A stretch of 61,823 nucleotides of DNA, counting the filler, from Platydemus manokwari (Eukaryota), in assembly GCA_037951405.1 (NCBI GenBank). It is 5 parts of 5 records of this genome, joined end to end, with 100 filler letters (N's around TTAATTAATTAA, not from the genome) between each part and the next. Parts side by side here need not be neighbours in the genome. Positions count along the whole stretch, not along the records: positions 49,615 to 61,823 come from JBBMOY010248894.1; 4 more parts are not named here. One strand, given 5' to 3'. This document shows positions 51,777 through 61,823 of the stretch, one piece after another. The position numbers were made by a program, and so were the translations under genes. Below the pieces are notes generated by a model that saw only the letters and a program-made list of their open reading frames with translations, was not told the DNA's origin and made no database searches. Each line of letters starts with the position of its first letter. The stretch's first letter is position 1.

Positions 51777-54686
51777 GTAAAGATAATGGAATATTGATTT
51801 TTAAACCAATACAGCTTATATTTATGTCATCATTCGCCATGGTTTGAAATCGACTAATAATCTCCAGAAAAATCACTGAGCATATAAAACTTTCTAAGGC
51901 TATGCATGAAACTACACGAAAATAGAATTTGGAAGAATAGCATTTCAAAAATAAACTGCTCTTGCTTAGTGGTTTCGATAATATCATGTTATTTAAAGTT
52001 TTTCATAGCTATTTATATTAATTTTATTCACATATGATTTTCGAGCTTTGATGTTATTATTATTATTCATTATTTAGTCACTAGCATCAAGAATAGTTAG
52101 GACAATATATATTCATATTAATCAGTTTTTTCACACAAAAATAAATATTCAGATGATTTGCATTGTCCATCATTACTATTTAAAAATATATATGTTTTGT
52201 ACACATTTGTTTACAACACGTACAAAGATTAATTAAATCTAAATTATTTACAGGTTGTCAAATTCAATATTGTTTGAATGGTGATTTTTCTCAATCCCCA
52301 ACATATTGGGCACACAAAATTAAGAAGTACATTGACAAAACGATATTGACAAATCAATTGATTTATTTTATTGTAGAAACAGAACTTAAATAATCATTTT
52401 TTTGATTATTCTGATTTCATCTTAAGCCATGTTAAAGTTTTGGAGGAAGACAATAACTAACTGAATTAGTTCTTTCTGATTAATACGTCTTCTTCCTATC
52501 ACTTATTGTAAAGATTGTGTTCGGGCATTTTATGAACTGCGAATATAATGGAAAAACTCTCAAGGTACAAGACACTGTAGAATAGTTTAAAAATATTTGG
52601 TTAGTGGTTTTTGATAATTGAGAACAAATTTTATATTATAATCTATATATAAAAACTGACTGATATGCGCGCTTTTACAGTTAGTACATTTATACTTGAT
52701 TTTAAATCTCCTTATGATTAATTAAGCTAGTAAAACACGTTGAAAAATATTTATCAGTGTGCCAAAATTAATGATACAGCTTACGAAGGATAAAATCAAA
52801 GCACAGTGAGTTCTTTATACTTTTGTGATTTACTTAAAATTTGTATAAACAAAATCGTTGGGTTAGAATCAGGTTAAAACAAAAATAAAACTTCATTAGA
52901 AATCCATTTTGAACTTTAAATATAAATACAAAAAAAGGAAAACTCAAACTTGTCGAACTAAACATTAACAAAATGACGCACAATCATTTCATCAAATAAA
53001 ATCTATAAAATTCAGAACAATTCAAAATCAAGCATATGAAAATTCAAATATATTTTAATAATTCACAATCACATATTTCAAAATTAAGTCAAAATTTCAA
53101 TTGAATAGAATTCTTTTAAATATTTATCTAAGCTATAATTATCTGATATGGTTTAATTATTTTAATATAACTAAAGAAGGATTGTCATTACTTATAGCGA
53201 TAAATAAGAGATATTCAAATCAGATGTATTAATAAATTGAAGTATGGTAACGATTGTAACTTTTGTGTTGGAATTCCTAAAAGTTATTTCAATCTACTAC
53301 CTGGATAAAAGTAACAACATGGGTCTTATGTTAAGTTTTAATCTAAAATACCCTGTGACATTCCCATGATATAAAAATTAGATAAATTCTTCTTGAAATA
53401 AATAATGGAAAATCAAATGTAATTCATTAAAAATCATCAGTTGAAATCTTATAATTATAGTAAATGTAAATAACAGTAAATTGACATTATTAATAATCTA
53501 CAATTATGAAAACACTAAATTTATTATTTATATTTGCAACTAAGTTGGAATAGAAGTCGTAACGTCAACATTAGTTGAAACGAATATCATTTTAAAATGT
53601 TTATTGACAATCTCTTAAATAAATTTTTCAAGAATATATGCAGTGTTTGCCAAATCGTACATTATTATTCTGTTAATGAACTAAGGAACACAGAAGATTA
53701 ATACCACAAAAACGCAAATCATAATGGAAATAAACTCGATAAAGGAAAATAATGCCACCAATAACTAATGTATACTACAATGCTTGCAAAATTTATGAAA
53801 TCTATAAACATAACAATAAATACAATTTTATAGTAAACCACATATAAATCGGATATTCATTATTTTCACATTGACAACAGATTCATGCGCACATAATAGG
53901 AAATGTTATCACGTTTTATCAATTTCAAATGACGTCGGAAGAGAAATATTCAACCATTCAATTCAGTTAATTATTAAAGAAAAATATTTCAATAATTATT
54001 TATAATAACTAACAACTTCACCTTACAAAATAATTGCTACGATTTTTAAGTAAAGAGCCACAGCAATAAATGTTCACTAATATAATATTAAACAATCATT
54101 GTAAGACATTTCAATTTTTCAAAAAAAGTTGCATGAAGAAAAACACTGTTATGTGCTGACAACAAATACAAAAATTACATCATCAACATCACTATCAATA
54201 CAACTCAAAATCTCAAATAAATCTATAAAAATTCTTGTTCCAGATCATATAATTCTCGTCCCAATAAAAATACGATTCAAATTAGAGCTATAAATTTCGA
54301 TTTCATTGGAATCACTGCTACTCAAGATTAAAAGAGCAAGTAAAAACTGGAACACAAAACTATAAACATAATCTAATATCAAATATTTCCAACACCTTCA
54401 ATCAATAAAACCCTCAAAACATCTGAGGTCTATAAACGAAAAACGGTAATCACAAAGTTTGAGTAAGTGCTAAAATAAAAATCTTATCCCTCACCTAGTT
54501 ATAGATATGTATGAATGATCATTTTAACATGGCTGATAAAAAAATTTTACAACCGATTTCATAAGGTAATTGAATAAAATCTCATTATTTCAAGTATAAA
54601 AAATAATTATAAAAATGCAAATTATAATATTCAATCAAAATAAAAAATTCCATTTATTCAAACAGTGAGTAAATATTATTATCGAT

Positions 54687-57600
54687 TCATATAATCGCGA
54701 CATAGTTGGAAGGAAACAGTCCTTTGGACCCATCTTGTAATTCTCCCTCCCACCAACCGTCATCGATTTTGTTAACATTAAATATTTTATCGCCTTCGAC
54801 AAATGATAATTCATCCCCGTCTTCTACATGGAATGAAAATAATCAATAAATTATGATGTAAATTTAGTCACTCACGAGCATTATAGGAAAATTGCGCTTC
54901 AACAGTTAATTTAAAATCGGAGGATTTGTTCTGATCGTCAATCGCTACAAAAAATTTCCCAAAAAATAATTATCACATTAATTACACATGACTCACGAGT
55001 TGTCGCTTCGGTTGGTTTATCAATTTCAACGACGCTATCGGTACCATGATCAATATCATGGGCATGGTCACCAGTCTAAAACAAATATCAACACATACAA
55101 GCACTAATATCATATAGCACGATGCACAATCAATAAAATTCAAATTAAACTCGAACAGAAAAATGATGATTAACCCCATTGGATTTGTTATCTACACATT
55201 TTTCGTTTCAATTTTTCCAAATTTTCATTACAAGAAATAAATTAAACCTGAAACTGAAATGACATATGTATATCATTAAGTGCGTTCCGATTAACAACTA
55301 GACACTAAACCAGTAGTATTACCATAAATCTATTCTAGACAGATTAAATGTCGTCACTTTTATTATATATGCACTGTTTTCAATAAGTTGTCCATGATAA
55401 AAAATGAAGTTCTCAACAAAATAGCAATTATTATTTACAGATTCACAGCTTTTATTATGCAATCTCCGAAAATCAGCGAAACAATGTGTGATATTAATAT
55501 GTTCTATTGGATTGTTATATCAATTGAATATGGAATGAGACAAATTATTCTCCATCATTATTATATTGATCAATAATGCCTATATTTTCATTTCCACTTG
55601 TAATGATTAGATAATTATAATAAATAATTTTCAAAAATTAATATATTTATACTAAAACTATCAATGATAGAAATTTTGTGGTATATCACATACACACACA
55701 CAGACATATATATATTACAAATAGCCCATATTAATTCACGAGAATTCAATAAAGTGTATTGGATTAATCAATTAAAGATTGTCATACGTGAAATCAATCA
55801 AACCAATAAAGATTAAGTCCAGATTAAAATAATGACAATATAAGTATTTTCTTTAAAAAAATATCCTCAAAAATTTACTCTAAGCAAATAATTACAAACA
55901 AATCTTACTTCGTCTTTGTTTTTACACAATTCCACATAATTCGATGGGAACATGCCTTTGATTCCTCGAATATAGCCAATCCACCAACCTTGATCTACTT
56001 CTTCCACTTCTGTTATGATATCATTGACTTCGAAACTGATTTCATCGCTATCGTTAGCTTGATATTCATATAGGGCTCTAGCTGTTTTCCCCGAACCACT
56101 GGAATTATTAACTCCTGGGCCTGTGGAATCAGCAACAATTGGCTGTGTGGCATTAGTTTCTTGATTAAATTTGTCTTCTTTTTTCTCAACAACTATCGTT
56201 TCAATTGGTGTTCTCGAGCTTTCAGAATTATTGTAAGATTTTTCGTTCAAATCATTCTTCTGATATTCAAATTGATTATTATTATTATTAATAATAATAT
56301 TTTTATCTTTGGTTTCATTTGATGCTGTTTTAGTATCATTGGATGACTTGGTTTTTGTTTCACGATTAGTTATGAGTCTATTAGAATCATCTTTCTGAAT
56401 TATCATAACTAATAACAGAACACAAAACACATCTCATTAACTTTATGAATATTTTCAAAAGTCGTCCTGGCAGATTTCGTTTCTGAAATTGTTCTTTCTA
56501 TTGGTTTCTTGGTCGAATCAATAAAATTTTAGAAATAATTGGTAAATTTACCTTTTCTTCAATCACTTGAGATGATTTCTGATTGTTTCTAGCTGCTAAT
56601 ATCTCTTCCATGGGATTAATCTTTTTATAACCACTTGCCGGTTGCTATATATTGATCAATAATCATAAATTGTTTTCAAAATGAAAAACTATACCGATGA
56701 GGTTTCCTGGAAAGAAAAAGAATTCTGAGATTTCAAACTTTTGATTTCCTCGGAAGGATTGATTTTCTTATAATTTGAAGACTAAAAATAATAGATTTGC
56801 TACGATAGATTGATTGAATTATTTATTTACAGGTGATCGACAGATTTCTGATCCTGATTGTTGACTTCCTTTACGTAATTCTTGAATTTCACTAAGCGGA
56901 TCAATTTTCTTATAAGATGGCTATATTTCATAAAAATAATGATCAATTATTGAACCCTTGTGATAAATGGAAAAATTCTTGTTGGCATTAATAGATATAT
57001 TTAAATGGTTAGAAAATTTTATTATATATGAGATATGTAAATATAATTTCCAAAAATAACAAGTATTCTTTTATATCAAATTAATTGTGTTTAAGTTATA
57101 CAACCAAGACAGATTGTAGATAAAGAAAGCTCATAAAGCTCATAAAATTTTATAGAAATAAATGTTGTGACAATCAATGAGTATATTTATCAAAAATAAA
57201 CTTTGTTTATCAAGGCAAACAAAACTCTAAAAACATCTTCTTAACTCACACATTTTGTAGAGTTAGAATTAAGATTCATTCACATTCAACTTATCCGAGA
57301 CACATTACAAAATACCATGAATTATGTGCAGAAATTCTATCTTTGATCGATTATTGTAGAATTTCAATTTTATCGATAATGAAAAAATGATTAAGATTAT
57401 CTCTCAGACCTTACCAAGATGGATTCGTATTAAATTAAAATAAATAAGTAGATAATAATGAATTAATAAATTACAATAATAAGTATTTTTAATGAATACA
57501 AAATTAAAATAAGCAGTATTTTGATTTTAAATGTGAATATGGTAAAAAGTTATTACATAACAGAATTAATAATAATAATAAAATTCTTGAATCATTAAAA

Positions 57601-60274
57601 TATTACAAGCACCTTCGAGCTTAAAGTTGAAGGCCATTCGTTGTTATTCATTAATTTGTACTTTGTGCTAATTTTATGTGAATTTTCAATATTTTTCAAG
57701 CACTAAATGTGGCATACAATTCCTATTATTTATTGAATATAGCTCTACACACACACACACACACATATCTACAATGAAAAAATCGTTCCATTAACAATCT
57801 AATAATGAAAATTAGTGTATCCAATCTATTGAAAATAATTCATTTCCTTCATTAAATTTTTATCAAATTGAACAATCATATAACATTATATTTTATAAAA
57901 CTCCTTTTATTCCATCATCATATATAAAAGTTAAAAATACTTAAATGAAACTTTTATTGAAATTTTTTTTCGAAATTAAGAAATGTGTAAGCATTTTTAT
58001 AACAATAAATAAATAAAATATAAAATCTGATATAAAAAAAATAAACCAACACTTAGAGGAGTTGGTAGATTATCACTTTCCTTTGTAAGACTCTCTCGTC
58101 TTAGTCTGCTTATTTCCTCTTGTGGATTTAATCTTGTAACAAGGGGTTTCTAGAAAACATTCATTTTAATAAAGAAATGAACTTGATGTTTTCAATTTTT
58201 AAAATGTCAAATATTACTTCCGTGGAGATTACATTACATAATTACATTTATGGAATGAGAAAGTTATTAAAAGTTTCTAGAAAACATCACTGTCAAATAA
58301 TATCCACTGATTTATTAATCAATAAAGAAATTAACTCACAGTTGGCTCATGAAAGCTTTCCGATTCGAAAGTCTGACTTTGCTTGCGCAATTTCTGAATT
58401 TCTGCATGGGGATTGATTTTCGTATAATTTGTTCCCTGTCAAAAAATTGATGATTGTCACATTAATGATTTAATAAAATTCTATTGTTTATCTTTACCAC
58501 TTGGTGAGGTGCATCTTCTGCATATGTTCTATTTGCCAATAATGTGAGTTCCTAAAATTTTTAATTGAACATTTAGATATTATCTGCAGAAATTATTCGA
58601 AATAATTCTTACAGAATGAATAAAATTAGTGTTTACGGTTAAGATAAATTTAAAAAATATTTATTATTAGAACATGGTACAAACTCCTCAACTCAAACCA
58701 AATATAGAAATATATCAATTATCCTCATACAAATATAACATAACACGCATGATGTATTCTTCGATTGTGATGAAGATAAAATAATAACTCTATATGGATT
58801 GGTTCAAATCTAGTACAATATTTCCCAATGCTTAAGTTAAGGAAAAGGGTTCTCTGACCCAATTTTAGAGTAATGACTTTTCGTAAGTTATTTGATATTA
58901 AAATTTATTTGTAATCATATTTTAATGAAAATTTTACATAGAGTTCAACTTTTGATTAATAACCAAAAATCAACTCTAAAAATCAAAACCATGTATTCGA
59001 TGCCCGCTACTATATTTGGCACTTTCAAAACATTTCTCGTCAATTTTTACAACGATATTTAGGCCTGTAATTATATTTCTACGCCAAGATATTTCTTCAT
59101 TGGCGAGGAATCTACAAATTTTGTACTTCAATAAATAAGTTTAAATTGTTGGTTTTATTTTTATAAAAATTGTTAATATTTTTTGTTGTAGGTTTGCTTA
59201 TGGATGTCATATTTGTGTGAGCCCCGTGCACCAAAAATACCTTATTCAGAATTTCGAAAAGGGACAAGGCTGAATTGTTGAACCCTATTTGAATTCCGAA
59301 ACTTCTTATATATTTGTGGCATCTTTACCTATACGATTTATTTGATTTGGATTAAACCCTTATTTCATTACAACATCGACAAGTTTGGGATCTATGTACT
59401 CAATCTATTAAATAGATATTAATATACTTATTTTGAGAGAAAACACAAGTACCTCAACACAAGTAACTCTAAAAATCTTAGATATCATTCCTATTGCTTC
59501 TAATGTTAAAAAAAGGGGATCTCGCTAATTTTCAATTAATTGCACTTTGACCTACTTTGGCCCGTTTTTTAAATAATTAATTTTTAGGGGATTTTAAAAA
59601 TACTGTGTATATATTATTTGATTCTAAATAACTAAAATTTTACTCAAGTGCTTAAATAAAAAATTCAAAATGTTATTAAAGAATTTAATTAAATAATCTA
59701 TATAGATTTTTGCAATACAACCCACAATTTGAAAATTTTATTTCAGGACCCTTTTTAACTTTAGCCTTTTCCAAATTTGCAAATGACTTGTATTTGCTAT
59801 GACCATTTGGATCATTATTCTAGTACTAATTCCGCATTGAAATAATGACAAATATTAAGTCAATGGAAACCGTAATAATAAATATAACAGAGACATTTTA
59901 TAATAAATGAATAATATTTTAATTTGTAATATTAATGAATTATTTCGAATTAGTTAACTTTATAACACGTAAATAAATATGTTTGTATGTTGTCAATGAT
60001 AAATCAATATATTGTAATGTTAAATGAAAACGTAATTAATTCGATGAACACTATAAGAATAGATTAATTGTTAAAACATTGCTAGTTATCGTAAAATATA
60101 AATCGACAAATGAAAAATATAAATTCATTTTATAGAACTGTTTATGAGAACATTTAGAAAGTTTATTGATGTCTCATAATTTGATACTCAAACATAAATA
60201 TTAACCTTTTGACGTTCTTCAATGGCTCTGGCAGGAGTATTATTTTCACTTTGAACTCTTGCAGCACTTTCATA
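54687..60274 (-). CDS. DBNL: Abp1/drebrin-like actin-binding adaptor, 3' part with five repeats and two SH3 domains (exons 60206-60274?, 58498-58551, 58340-58435, 58051-58149, 56831-56920, 56695-56781, 56552-56644, 56442-56507, 55909-56394, 54997-55075, 54876-54944, 54687-54823)
   Basis: [14 protein letters not shown] matches the Abp1/DBNL post-ADF-H motif. SH3 #1 is [17 protein letters not shown]...GWW...[10 protein letters not shown], and SH3 #2 is AQFSYNAQDGDELSF...DDGWWEG...GLFPSNYV*. The GT-AG junctions are phase-consistent. The ADF-H domain was not found in the window. Confidence 0.8.
58829..59766 (-). mobile_element. Full-length Merlin-like MITE in DBNL intron
   Basis: TIRs TGCTTAAGTTAAGGAAAAGGGTTC / GGACCCTTTTTAACTTTAGCC and 8-bp TSD TTTCCCAA/TTTTCCAA (7/8 match). 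GG termini plus an 8-bp TSD fit Merlin. Confidence 0.72.
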
Positions 60275-61746
60275 CTAGAGATACAAACACCATAAATGCC
60301 AATATTTATCAACATAATTAATATAATATGTTGAATATTGATGCTTATCAATCATAAGATAAAAATTAATAATAAATATTACAAAATAACAAAATTAGTA
60401 AATAAATGACTTGGACATTATTTATTCAACTTATTGATTTTTATGAGCGGTCTTTATCTGCAAAAATATCTAATCGGTCTCATTGAACAGTGTCAAAATA
60501 GTTTGAAAAATGTAAGACAAAATAATATTCTACTTATGGATGAAATTGTTATAATAATAAAAAGCAGTTAAAATCATTTCAATCATTACTACTATTCTTC
60601 ATCAATTTGCCAAATCACAGCTTGTATCTGTTTAATGAGCCTGTGAGTGGAAATATTTACCTTTTGTTGATTTCAAGATAATAGAATTAACCAAGAATTA
60701 AATGAGAATGATTTCATATTAAAAATGAGAGTCGTTAATTAAAGATTCACTATTATATTGGTTTGAGATGCTATATGATCACACATAATATAACTGGAAA
60801 AAAATTTAATTACATTGATAATAGGAAATAATTACAACCCACTTTGAAAAGCAAATCCAGGTATTTTATTAAGTGTTAACATGGAGATTTGTATTTAGAA
60901 CATTTAACTTGTATTTTTATTGAAATTTATTGTAGATATTGAAATGAGTTAATCGAATATGTTTATCAAATGATAAATTAATAGTTAAGTTAATCTTCTC
61001 TTATGACATTAAAACAAAACTTAAAATTATATAAAACTTTATAGAATAAATTTTAAAAACTTTAAAGATACTTTTATGGTTGAATAATAAAATATTTGAA
61101 ATATTTAAAAATGACGAATCAGAAGTTGATTATGGTAACAAAATTGAATAAAGGTTTTTATTTGACCATGTGATGTTAATAATAATTCTTTTGCCGTTAA
61201 ATTACTGAATCATTTATTCGATTTTAGAAGTTTCAACAATGGTTTCATAATAATAAATACAACTGGATAAAGCTAAAGAAATATTAAAAATTATAAATGA
61301 ATTCGATAAAACAATCAAGCTGCACGTTTATTCAATGAAATAAAGTGTATGCGTAATGTTGTTGATAGAAAAGTAGTAACACTTTATCTAATAATGATAA
61401 CAATAAGGAATTCATGATGTTGTGTTAAATCGAATTTCACCAATAAAATAATTTCATCATAATTAAATCGAAAAATAATAATCATCATTTTATTAAAATT
61501 ATTCGTTTGATAAATGTAAAAGGATATGTGATTATTGCATGTGATCATTAAATATACAACTACTATATAATATATATAAAATAATTGAACAAAGTTTAAT
61601 TTTTTTTAAATTGAATACCAGTTCAAAAATGTAGTTGACGATTTATGTAGCGTCACAATAATAAACAAGATATCTTATTCATAAATAAAAGACAGTTTAT
61701 AATAGCATATATTTATGATATAAAAAAGTAGTTAATGAAAAATGTA

Positions 61747-61823
<77 letters not shown>
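61747..61823. repeat. (TATC)n microsatellite
   Basis: About 19 perfect copies running to the window end. Confidence 0.97.

Noticed and set aside
55140-55260. Possible micro-exons between the two SH3 regions
   Set aside because: The candidate splice sites give inconsistent phases or stops, and the gene model is in frame without them.

Overview
Very AT-rich eukaryotic (metazoan) genomic DNA made of five contigs joined by artificial 100-bp spacers (N44-TTAATTAATTAA-N44), so adjacency across spacers is not guaranteed. The ~45-55-nt introns, a TRAF/MATH remnant and the TE content suggest a triclad flatworm, but this is inference only. Contig 1 (1-11756) holds a decayed Ty3/Gypsy retroelement on the minus strand with an unusual cargo and order: Gag with four CCHC knuckles, then a chuvirus-like (class III/gB-type) glycoprotein BETWEEN gag and protease, then PR-RT-RNaseH-IN, then a second signal-peptide/TM membrane protein, an unknown domain and a REX4/ISG20-like DEDDh exonuclease with substituted catalytic residues. 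A TRAF-type MATH pseudogene follows. Host genes are HMG-CoA lyase (5 exons resolved, minus strand), the 3' part of an Abp1/drebrin-like gene (five exon-encoded repeats, two SH3 domains, minus strand), and three probable exons of an unknown plus-strand gene. The rest is TE debris: two solo LTRs with 4-bp TSDs, hAT/Buster, Tigger/pogo, mariner, a Merlin-like MITE family, and NeSL/R2-like non-LTR remnants, one with a hammerhead-like motif in its 3' region. All family assignments come from motif recognition by eye; no searches were run.
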